A stretch of 64,000 nt of DNA, from positions 1-64,000 of the forward strand of contig NMRA01000048.1 in the NCBI GenBank assembly GCA_002633005.1. The letters are read 5' to 3'. The position numbers were made by a program, and so were the translations under genes. Origin of the DNA: Phoronis australis (lineage: Eukaryota > Animalia > Phoronida). Shown piece by piece: positions 53,555 through 64,000 of this stretch (its first letter is position 1; each line of letters opens with the position of its first letter). The notes under the pieces are model-generated. The model did no database searches and was not told the DNA's origin. It saw only the letters and a list, made by a program, of their open reading frames with translations.

Positions 53555-53650
53555 GCTTGATTCATTGGCTGTGTGACCTGTTGGTCACATGATCTGATAA
53601 GGCTGTTACTTGGCTGCACTGAGCTGCTTTGTCAGTCAGTTGTGAATGGA
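53555..53650 (+). promoter_or_regulatory. Putative alternative promoter upstream of module C
   Basis: Reverse CCAAT 53564-53568, paired nuclear-receptor half-sites TGACCTGTTGGTCA 53574-53587, TGATAA 53596, Inr-like TCAGTC/TCAGTT 53632-53641 and a full CRE at 53309. Motif inference only. Confidence 0.4.
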
Positions 53651-54152
53651 ACTCAAGTGGTCAGTGATGTCTCACCACCTGAATGGAGCGAGGAACGAGG
53701 AAATGATGAACCTGACTGGAAGCTGAGCTGTTGTTGATGTAAAAGATATTCTGCTACAGTTTTGTACTCTATTCTTGATTTTGACGTCGTCTTTGTGTTG
53801 AGATTTAGTTGGTTCTTGTGACATTTTTTTCCAAGCCCAGCGTATCTATCCTAATTTGTGGACAACAAGTGTGTGGACTTGCACCTTTAGCCGTGCATTA
53901 TCAGCGGTTGAAACCTTGTCAGGTTGACCTACCTCGAAGACTTGATAAACGTATCAGGCGGTAGTAGATTGTGTTATCAAGACATGGACCCTGCATTCAA
54001 GGAGTAGTTCTCCTTATCTCGGTGACAAGTTGTAACCTGGAGTTAGGAAGTGCGCCACTTCCTAACTGTAGACATTGAAGCTGTTAGTTGCGTCGATGTT
54101 GTGAGATTTTATTTTTATACACCTATCTTGTTCGTGCCAGTATCCTTTCATC

Positions 54153-54642
54153 ATGAAAGACAGTTGTAACCAGTTCCATTGGGGAGTGTTGCCTAGTTGG
54201 GGCCAAGCCATTTCAACTGCACAGGGGCCAGTTGACCTAAGCGTTCACCGCTTTCCGCAGACACGATGTCCTGTGCCGTTAAGTGCAGGACCACCACCCA
54301 CATTCTTCCAGTGTCCAGAGCCACCACCTGTTGTCCTCGATTTGTCGCTGCCCAACCGACGACGAAACTCTGTTGAACGTGACTCCGGGGAGTGGCATTC
54401 CGACCCACCCCCGCCAAAGTTGCCCCGTTTAGACAAACTGACGATCAATTGCTCAACTGCCAGTTGCCCTCAGAAGCCAGTATTTTCTCTGCAAAGCTCA
54501 AATCCAAGGCCAGTAAAATTTGAATTTGATGCAAATTTATCGACAGTGCCGGATCCTGAAAATCCAAAGCTGTGCGAATCTCTGTCAGTGGAGCCACAGT
54601 CTGCGGCTGGACACCACAAGAAAGCGTTCATGCGTCGATTTT
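54153..54642 (+). CDS. Alternative first coding exon (module C) of a probable transcription-factor gene, tentatively an E75/NR1D-type nuclear receptor N-terminus
   Basis: 163-codon open frame, GC-richer than the flanks and Pro-rich, with PVDLS and VLDLS (CtBP-binding-type) motifs. It ends ...GHHKKAFMRRF T|gtaagt, a consensus phase-1 donor. The family assignment rests on recalled similarity, not a search. Confidence 0.7.
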
Positions 54643-57600
54643 GTAAGTAATGCTGGTGTCATTAAGGTGCAGATATATCTTGTCTATTTTACTCACATTT
54701 CTTGTGAAGAAGTAATTTTAATCGGCATATTTGTAATCACGGCTTTCTCAAGTCTGTGAGCTTGAATAAGAGGTTTAAATTTGTTCATTATATCAATTTA
54801 TTTTCCTGACCTGTCATACACGGTGCTTGCTTGATAGTTTTGAATTTATAAAAGGCATTTCATTTGTTATGCCATTGGCTTTTAAAAATAACTACTGTCA
54901 TGTCTAGTGTCAAGATTTCAGTGTCTTTACTGTCATTACATTCATCAAATTATGGTATTTATGAACCCATAAATATACCGTATAGGTGTAGGTCAGGTCT
55001 AAAATGACCTGATTCTTTCTCATTTGGTGACAGGTTAACAGTGAACAACTGAGTTAACGTGTCTTGGTTTTACATTATTTTAAGAAATGGTGCAAGATCA
55101 AAGTATTTTAAAATATGTTAACACTAGTGAAACCATTTATACTGTACAAAAATCAAGATCATTTTAGTTATTGCGTGTCTGCAACGGGTTTATCCAGGAT
55201 TTCAAAAATAGAGTTCCAAAATGCATTGTCCAAATTCTTAGAGTGTCCATTACCAAAAAACGCGTGACTGCATTTCTGTGACCCCAAGTCAAATTTCTGG
55301 TGATATGTTGCCATGGAGATATGGTTCAGCGTCATTTCTAAACCAGAAAGGTTTCTAAATTCTAGTCTAGGTGTAACTTTTTTGTGACAAAATATTTTTG
55401 CAGTTGTTATTGAATAGGGCTTCTTCATTCAAAACTATTGTTCTTTACCACTGTCGTGTTCAAGGTCAGTGTCCTCCACAGCAGACCATTCACACCCTTC
55501 GTCTTAACGGAACTTACGAAAAATCATGAACATGATTGAAAGTGCATGTCAGTACAATGAGGATTTATAAATTCTTGATTTTATTACATTGAACTGGTCT
55601 CAAGCGTTTGTAACAATTTTGTTGTTTTGCTGAAGAAATGGCTAAATCACAGGATTCTGCCAAGATGGGGCATTCTGAATGGTTTTGAATTTTTGTTTCT
55701 GAAGCAAACAACAAATGACTTTGCATCCAACAAAAAATGTAAGCTTTGCGACACACTGAAAACTCGATTATCCAATTCTGGATCCTAAAGGGATGTGACT
55801 GAATAAGCAATCTGGCTTTATATACCAACTTGATCAAAATCTTATAGCTGTAAAGTTCTAGTAAAAAGCTGTTAATAGAAAAGCAGTTCGCTGTTCAAAC
55901 TGGTGTGAAGCGAGTGTGGCAACGTGAATGTTTTGCGATGCCAGTGAAAATCTAGTAAAATTGTGTTTTGATTGTCTGTATGTCAAAAAGGGGCTAGTTT
56001 TCCTGTGGTCTCCGTTTTACTGAGAAAATCAATTGTAGACTTCTAGGAAATGCTTCGATTGGCATTTCTTTCTATAAATTGTGTTGGCGTGATGTTTCTT
56101 TAAACCAAAGCAAGAAGTTCTAAAATGTCAGTAGTCTATTCTAAATGCCTTGACGGGAAGTTTCTTTCCGTAGCTGCTGTTTGTCTGCAGACTTTGTATT
56201 GTGCAATTGGCCGCTTCTGCGATTTCCTGCCCTAGTAGCCAGCTTCAGGAAATGGCTCGTTCATTTCCACAATTTTCATATCCTCTTGGACCTCTTTGTT
56301 TTGTTATCCTGGCACAGCCATCCACCACAGTAGTGCAATGAAATTTGCTTTCTCTCACCATTTGCTGTGGAAAAATAACGACTCAAAAGAAATCCTGTTT
56401 CTTGTACAATAAGGGTTTCAGTTCTCAGCTAGTCTGTGTATTTTGCAACCAAAGCATATTGTTTGCCTTTTGTATATCCTAGCTGGAGCATTCTTGACCC
56501 TTGCTTTAGAGTATTCAGTGTTAGGGGCTGTCGGTAGATTGTGGAGGCCCTGCGCAGTGGGTTTTTGTTGTATAAAAAGTTGGGCTGGTGGCTAGAATAC
56601 AGGAAATTTAATCTGATGCCTGTGTCATCAGTTGACCACAGATATGAGTAGCATTTCCATTTTAAATTGTCAATTCAACCCATGTTGTTTTCCCTGAAAT
56701 GTTTTGATAGGCTCAGTCATTTTCACCAGGCCTTTTCCTGCTTCTGCACTGTAGTTACTGAAAATTGAACAGGGCTCGTTATAGTTTCGATTATGCTAGG
56801 TTTAATTTTTAAGTTACCTTCATGTAATATAAAAAATGGGTTTAGATAATATATTGACTTCTAGTTCTAATCAAAACAATTCCTTGGTCTTTATTATGAT
56901 GTTGGATTTCAGTTGTTAGAAAAATAACCTCTCACAGTGTGCTTCTATTTATTATAGGTCCATTTAATGTTTAGCCTTGAACCTTGTGTAGCACTGATGT
57001 AATTGTAAGTACAGCAACACCTGTAGCAGTATGTGCACAAAAAGTTTCTCTGCCATTTATCTTGTGCTGCTGTGGCAGCACTTAAGTTGCAAATTATTTC
57101 CTGGATGGCTAAAAATATCTCAGAAGTCTGTGTTCAAATGACGTCAGAACCGCAGCCACAGTGGGATTTTGATGCATCTGTTGTAGAGGAAATTTGAGCT
57201 TTCTGGGTATTGATGAAAAATGCAGAAAAGTATTTTTAGGTCCAGGGCACCAAGTAGTACGGGTTGGTGGTTTTTTGTTTAAAGTTGCGTCAAACAGGAA
57301 GGCTCATTCCTGTGTAGCCTGTGTCAGTTTTACACACATGGAAATTCCATAAATTTTATTAGCCCTTCAGTGGAACACTACAAGCTCAAAGTTTCCTTAT
57401 GAATTCAACATTTAATTACACATTCTACACATTTCAACCTGGCATCTGTTGTAGGTGAATTTCACATTATTTGTATGGTGGCTAATGTGACATTTCTATT
57501 GTTTAATCTGTGGAAATAAATTAAAAGATAAAGAGAACAATTTTAACATCATCAGCTCCAGAGTGCTTTTTGAACTCATGGTCATTTCGCACAAAACTAA

Positions 57601-57896
57601 TTACCAAAACTGTCTTTTTTACAGACCAATAAAGTTACTGCAAATAATGGAAAATTTACCAAAATTTGTTTTATGTCATCTACACAGTTCTTATACTCCT
57701 GGTAGACTTACGTTTTCTAAATCTTTATATTTGTGAAGAAATTTCACACATCAGAATTTCAGTTGTCGGCATGGTGTGCTAAATATCTGAAGAATTAGAA
57801 TTATGATCCTAACCTTCCCTCATACCTAAGTACTGGTAACAAGAATCGTTTCATTTGTGGTTAGGTACGTGATTGAAATGGACAAGCAAAACTTGA

Positions 57897-58332
57897 AGAG
57901 GCGTAGAACGCGAAAGATTGTTAAAAATATCTTTTAAACAATTCCTGACGAAAGTACCATCCTTCAACGTCTAGTACAGAGGTATTTACTTACCGTGGTG
58001 AGGAAATTTCCACAAAAAATCTCAAATTTCACGATTTTGAAATACACGCAAAGGAAAAACTCAGTGGTTACCACAGAGTTTGTAATCTCCCTTCCTTTTA
58101 TGATAAATGCGCACATACACTCATAGTCAGTTGCCTGATGTCTGTCCAGGTCAAAGTTCACATTTTCCATATGCGGGAAATATGCTACATCTGTGTCTTG
58201 CAATATAAGGAGTTGTGCTTTGCCTTGCGAGAGAAAAATTGACGAAGTGGTGATCAGGTTGAATTCTGTTTCAGTGGCAGAGAACTACTTTCAATATTGC
58301 CATTTAGTCTGTTTATCGCTTTCCTGGCCTCT
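57897..58332. mobile_element. TTAA-flanked Kolobok-like element, copy 3
   Basis: TTGA|AGAGGCGTAGAACGCGA...TCGCTTTCCTGGCCTCT|TTAA, an imperfect ~17-bp TIR. Aligns with the 5376 and 14496 copies. Confidence 0.72.
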
Positions 58333-59394
58333 TTAATATTTAATCTAAAATACCATTTTAGTTAATAATGAGGGTATCTTGTAAGGAGACTTTCGTCTAA
58401 ATTTGTCTGACTTTGTCGAAGTTATGGCAGAAACTATGAGAAAAACCAGCTGAAATATTACCAAATCCTTTCAAATTTGACCAGAAAATCTGTCTGTAAT
58501 TTCACCGATTTTCACCAACGAGGCAATATTTTTTTTTAACTAGTGTAGACACAGTGGCTTAGTAATGACTTATTTAAGTAGACCAATGATGGTCATACAT
58601 GTACCCCTACATACGATCAATTTCATTATTTTACATACATGCTTTGTTCTTCTTAACGACCAACACGTGCATCTCGAGTTGTTACTGTTTACTTGCAATA
58701 TACTGGTATGCTGGTTTGCAATTCAAAAGCCTTAAAAGGAGTCTCAAAACCACAGCTCGCATAAAAAGCTTATGGGGGAGGGGCGTAAGTTGTGGTCTTT
58801 GTCCACTGTAAAGATCTGTTTTCATCATACCTGATTGTTGTTTTTGGTTTTGTAAACAACTGAATCACCAGTGCCAATCCTATTTGTATTGACTGTGGTT
58901 CATTTGTCTTTGCCTGTTGTCTGCTGGAAGTCATGGCAGTTGGAACATTGGCGTGCGCTAATATCTTGTAAAAATCATTTCACTTCACTTTTTCACGCCC
59001 TCTATTGAGTGCTATGGGAGTTGTTTTCAAAGGTCATATACAACATTTTTGTGTCCCTGTTAAAGACATGGAATGAAACTTGTGCAAGAAGCTCTGCTCT
59101 CCCAGTGCTGTGTTGGTAAAGGAAATGCCTGGCTGGCTGGCTGCGACCAGTTATGCAACATAGGAAATGTACTCTTGTTGAGTGTACCATTGTTCAGGTT
59201 TCTGTACCAGGAAATGTTTTCTGAAGTTCCTTGTCAATACCCTGGTCAGGTGTTATGTAATAGGCAGCCAGTTGTTATTGTGAGTAGCTGGACCATTAAC
59301 AACCTTTCTGACCTGGTACAGCCTTGTTGGACATGAGAGCTTCATTGAACTGTGTGATGTGCCCAGAGAAAGGGCTCCCTACCCCTGCAGTGGC

Positions 59395-59458
59395 ATATAT
59401 AGTGCATTGTATATATAGTGCATTGTATATATAGTGCATTGTATATATAGTGCATTGT
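59395..59458 (+). repeat. Perfect tandem repeat (ATATATAGTGCATTGT)x4
   Basis: Four identical 16-bp units read directly from the sequence. Confidence 0.97.
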
Positions 59459-60008
59459 CAGTCACAGTACACATACACATTAGTTAATGCCTTTGTGAGC
59501 ATAATTTGTAGAAGTGATTCAGGAAATAAATGCATTTCTGAGTATATTAGTATTCCTTTATTTGGAGCACAAATGGCAGACAAATGAATGTTATTTCCTC
59601 ATTTTTTTGATAAGTTATGAATTAGTGGTTATTGTTTCCAACGATAGATATTATCAAAACAATATTGTGACGCATTTTATGCATTTGTAACAACGACATA
59701 AAATGTTCTTGAAAAAGGAAATAAGTCAATTTCATCAATTAGTCTCAAATTGATGCGATTTTATAATATCAGTATTTTTTGTTAAACTTTAGAGGGCGCT
59801 TTGTTAAGGTAATTGATTGAATGCGAGTTGCCCATCTTGTTGTCGTTAGATATTGTGCATCTTAAGAGACTTACAATGTGAAGATAAGATGTCTTCTTCC
59901 CAAATGCAAGGCCTAAAACAGCATAGTTGGTTCCAGTCTATACCCAGACTCACTTTAAACTGAAGCCATTCTACTATCTTAAAAAAAATGTGCCTCTGAA
60001 ATTTTTTT

Positions 60009-60356
60009 AAGGTTATATAGAACGCTAGAAATTATTCCAAGTTAAGCTACCTTCGAAACATGTATCTCAGAAATGGCTGATTGTGTTCATATGAAGACTT
60101 CAGATACTAGGCTCTATGCACTGTTCTTCCAAACATAAAAGTTAGGAATTGTTTTTAAGATGTTCCTCTTTTGCATGAACTGATGGGCCATCAGAAAAAC
60201 GGAGCTTTCACGATTTCCATGAACAAATCAGAAGTTAGATTAAACAAAAACAAAATGATAATTTAGAAAACTGTAATACCGTTTCAGCTTGAACATTTCA
60301 ATACAATTAGGTCATGTTAGCGTATTGATACTGTTGTTTTCCTATGAATGTACCTT
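60009..60356. mobile_element. Old non-autonomous element ending CTATGAATGTACCTT (related ends at ~36130 and ~48980)
   Basis: CTATGAATGTACCTT occurs three times in the window. ATGATAATTTAGAAAA is shared between ~48440 and ~60255. The left boundary is uncertain. Confidence 0.45.
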
Positions 60357-61257
60357 CCTTTTCCACTTACCTATGCTAACAAGTGGCCGAGTTAATGGCA
60401 GATTGTTAAAAAACGTGAAAAATCAAAATGTTCAAGCCCTTCAGAAAAAAATACCGGTATGAACTTTCGTGATGCTAAAGGTCTAGTTTGATGCATTTGG
60501 CTAAATATATTCTCTTGTAGTATAAGATCTTCCATGGTGACTAGAGCATCTCAGCCAAAGAATGATGACCATACATTCAGTGAAATGTCATTACATGATT
60601 TGTGAATGCCAAATAATATCAGAACCTTTTGTTGGCTTACATGCACAGCCAGACGACTTACGGGCCCATGATGACATTGCACATTTAGTTTATCTTTAAT
60701 GAGTGCTCCAAACCTCCCCCCCCCGCTGGAAACTTTACAATAAAGATGGTGTAGGTCATTTTTATTTTGCAGTTATGTTTGCTGCAAATGTCAATGCTGG
60801 TCTCCATTTTTATACCAATGTGGTGAGATGCCTATTGTTTTCAAATCATTGTTCATGTTGTTTTTGTCTTGAACCACAGCAATAAAGATGTACTATAACA
60901 AGTTCAAACATAACTTGTTGAATTTTTCACCCCCTTGCCTTAAAATCTGAAGTGCTCTTTATTTAGGTTCGTGCACGTTATAGTTTTCAAAAACAGTTTA
61001 TACTTCTCGGCTAAATTCAGTGAAATTTCAAAGGTAAAATTTGAAATTTTTCAATGTTGGTTTTTACCTATTTCCTTCCATTTTTTTCCAAAATTCAATA
61101 ACTTGTTCCCTAAACTATTTTCCTGAAACTTGGCATGAGGACGAAACGTTCACAGAAGACAGTTTGACTATAACCCAGCGAATCTCTATTTCCAGTTAAC
61201 GCATGTGAAACGAAGGTTCCCAATGGTCGCGACCTCGCCGCGGAAGCACTGCTCAGC

Positions 61258-61327
61258 ATGGACTCTCCAAGTGCCAGTAACGAAACAAAGGCGTTCTTAC
61301 AGGGTATACTTCAGAAGCAGAGGACTG
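61258..61327 (+). CDS. Alternative first coding exon (module D) of the + strand regulatory gene
   Basis: Good Kozak context AGC-ATG-G after a CpG-rich leader. Reads MDSPSASNETKAFLQGILQKQRT and ends G|gtgagt, a consensus phase-1 donor. Confidence 0.6.
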
Positions 61328-61862
61328 GTGAGTTAGTTACCATATTTACACTGGCTCTTGTTGACACACTCCTGTTGAATAGTGGTATTTGTTCTTCAAT
61401 TCCTGCTATTTGCTGGGTTTTGGTCTCACAATATAGGACAAATTTTGAAATTGAATGATTTGGCAAAGTGGTGATGGCTGCATTGGTCATGTTCTCATTG
61501 GGCGATAGTGTTTGGGATGAGTATCAGACTGTATTACTGTTAAATTGTAAATCTCTCACTTTGTGATTTCGTGTCTCAATTTGTTATTTATTCCTGTAAT
61601 TTGCCTCTTATTAGTTTATAGTACTTTAGCCATCTCTGATGCTAAGATGTTTTGAATGTTACGTGCTCTATTTGTCTGTGTACGATGGTGTTGTTGCACC
61701 TCAAAAAGGACGACGTTGCTGCATCTGTGATAATTGTGTGCCAATCAATAAAAAAATCAATTCTGTCATGTACTCAAGCACATTACTCCGAGAAGTGAAT
61801 TCCGAGTTCATTGACTGTGAAAATCCGGGTGACTGTCAAGGCCAGCAAAGGGCTAGAGGATT

Positions 61863-62090
61863 CAGGGCTTGGAATTTTCCTTTTTTAAGAGGATTTCCTC
61901 TTTTTTGGTTTCAATTTCCTCTTTTCCTCTCTTTTATTATTATTTTGACTTTGTTCATGCAAAAATGTTTATTTCAGTTAAATTTTACAACTTGGAAATA
62001 TTTCTATCACACAAGCCTATATCTTTGTGGAACGATCCATTACCTGGAAAAAGTTTCCTCTTTTTTTGTCAGTGATCATTCCAAGCTTTG
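61863..62090. mobile_element. hAT-like MITE with 6-bp TSD (AGGATT), copy 1
   Basis: TIRs CAGGGCTTGGAAT / ATTCCAAGCTTTG; AGGATT on both flanks; TTTCCTC sub-repeats. Confidence 0.82.
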
Positions 62091-62860
62091 AGGATTGCAC
62101 AAATGCCTGTGTGATTCCTCACTGTAAACATCAATGGTGACCTAGACCCACTGCTTTTGAGGTGGTGTTTACCTTGGACCTGACCAAGGGAAAGATTAAA
62201 TGAGAGCAGATCAACAGAGGTTGTTATGTGGTTAGTCCAAGGCCACTCATTCAGTCATCAATGCCTCTCATTTGGAAATAATATGTATGACAATAAGGCA
62301 TAGGCTCCAGTTCACTCCCAATAAACACTGGGTTATTGATGGTTGTCATTGACAGTTACTGTGCTGCCAGATTCCCAAAATGGCCTGGTATTAGCTGCAT
62401 TCTGAGGGTGTTTACCTGTTTTTTTATACAGTTCAATCAGCCAGACGCTTGTGGAGTGCAATAGTTATCAGAACAAAGTCGACGATTTTGCTTGTCAAAA
62501 AATCGCCAGAAAGTGATAGCCATTTCTTTGGCTAGTTTTTGAAAATTGGCGATGGTTTTCATCTTTGCCTTCTGAGTTTACTTCAGAGTATCTCTGGCAA
62601 GAGAAAGTTTGTTTTGTCATTTTTCCATTGAAGATATGCCGCACCAAATTAATGCATTTCCATGTTCAAGTAAATATACCATGACTTACGTCAACTACTT
62701 TTTTGAATAATTAAACCATTCACAAATTCGTTAGAAGCATTTGAAAACGAAAAAGGCTTATGGGACTTATTTTTGACTGGAGTTCGTGAGATTTTACCAT
62801 TATGTTATAACAACCAGGTCAGGTGTAGACCTCTGAAAATGAGCCATTACCTTTAGCAAT

Positions 62861-63110
62861 CAGGGGTCGGAATTTTCCTCTTTTAAAAGGATTTCCTCTT
62901 TTTTGGTTTTGATCTCTTATTTGATTTCCTGTTTCCCCAGTTTTCATCTCTTTTTATCATCATTTTGACTTTATTTATGTGCAACGTGTTTTTTTGCTGT
63001 TAAATTTTGTAACATAAAATCATTTCTATCTCATAAGCGTATTTGTTTGTAGAACTATATGTCACCTGAAAAATTTTCCTCTTTTTTGTCCTTGGTCATT
63101 TTAAGCCCTG
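62861..63110. mobile_element. hAT-like MITE with 6-bp TSD (AGCAAT/GGCAAT), copy 2
   Basis: Colinear with copy 1. Termini CAGGGGTCGGAAT / ATTTTAAGCCCTG. Its TSD differs from copy 1, indicating an independent insertion. Confidence 0.8.
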
Positions 63111-64000
63111 GGCAATGCTACATTTTTGGCCATTGTTTCTTTGTTGTACACATTTTAAGCAAGTTTGCTTTGAGTATTTTAAATACCCCAAGATTATAAA
63201 AAACAAGATCTTGGTGAGTGTAATTGCTGCTAGAGGAGATTACTTCTGTCTGGCCGTCTTGCATCTTTGGGAGGTTTATGTTTTTTTTCTGTTCGCAATT
63301 AACCCTGTGGGTAGTTTTCTATAGAGCCATGGCAGGCGTGTCTGGTTAAACAACTCTGCTTGATCTCTCTCAGATGTTGACTGGCCACCAGGAAATGAAT
63401 TGCAGTCACCTATGGACATTCCTAAAGAAACCGCACTTGCTGTAGTCTGTTTTTTATAGCAGCCGTTATTGAGTTAAAACCAAGTCAATGACGTCAATGA
63501 ATGATTTGTTTAGCAGTTGGAAATTGCTTGCCGCGTCTTTAATGAGTGTGTCTGAGACTTTCAGTGCTCTGTCACTGTGTTCTAAGCATAGCAACAAAGA
63601 CGTAATCCGCAGTCAGTTCCTGTTATAGTTTTCCCCAGGTTGCGTTGACTACGAAAGAAATGAGGGTGACTGACCGAAGCTAGGCGACTGGAACTGAATA
63701 GTAATTTCCTCAGTTCTGTGATTTCCGCCTTGTTTGGGCTGGGATGAATCCGGTTGACTGAAACATTAAGTTTTGATTCACTGCTCAGTTTCACAATGTC
63801 AACACTATTAATTTGAGCAACTTTTGCCACATACAGAAGCACCAAGAAAATGACCCCTTATCATGTAGTGATTTACAGTTGCACAGGTAGTATTGGAATG
63901 CCTGTACTTGGAGTGATTGGCCAGAATCAAAAATGAGCTGCTACTAAAAGTTAGGAAGTGGTTACCAAAGTCCACATCCTGGTATCATGTTCCTCTTAAA

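Noticed and set aside
47400-59300. D-box (TTATGTAA) and E-box (CACGTG) motifs as circadian control elements
   Set aside because: Counts are about what base composition predicts for 64 kb, so there is no enrichment.
61639-62091. 150-aa Phe-rich ORF resembling a membrane protein
   Set aside because: The hydrophobic part is a translation of the T-rich hAT-like MITE at 61863-62090.
63374-63460. Possible common downstream exon (ctctctcag|AT..., DVDWPPGNELQSPMDIPKE)
   Set aside because: Phase-compatible, but it has no convincing donor before an in-frame stop and no recognisable domain.

Overview
AT-rich, repeat-dense eukaryotic genomic DNA, most likely a marine invertebrate; the phylum cannot be fixed from the sequence. 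Well supported: (1) a complete four-exon secreted phospholipase A2 gene on the minus strand (13594 to 5873, 186 aa) with the group I cysteine pattern, an intact catalytic site and an unusually long Trp-rich loop; (2) an intact tRNA-Gln(CTG) gene (20907-20978, minus); (3) a 5'-truncated, frameshifted L1/Tx1-type LINE (about 36.3-38.9 kb), an older Tx1 endonuclease remnant and a CR1/L2-type 3' end; (4) several non-autonomous DNA transposons, including a 3.9 kb foldback-like element whose arms are alternating 143/138-bp repeats, three foldback MITEs each with a perfect 5-bp TSD, and two hAT-like MITEs with 6-bp TSDs. Less certain: from about 21.2 kb to the window end lies the 5' part of a large plus-strand gene with up to four alternative N-terminal coding modules, all ending in phase-1 donors. 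One carries CtBP-type PxDLS motifs. It looks like a transcriptional regulator, tentatively an E75/NR1D-type nuclear receptor, but no diagnostic domain is in the window. Most other ORFs in the track are spurious. I found no CRISPR array or prokaryote-like system and cannot claim a new biological system; the best leads are listed as findings.
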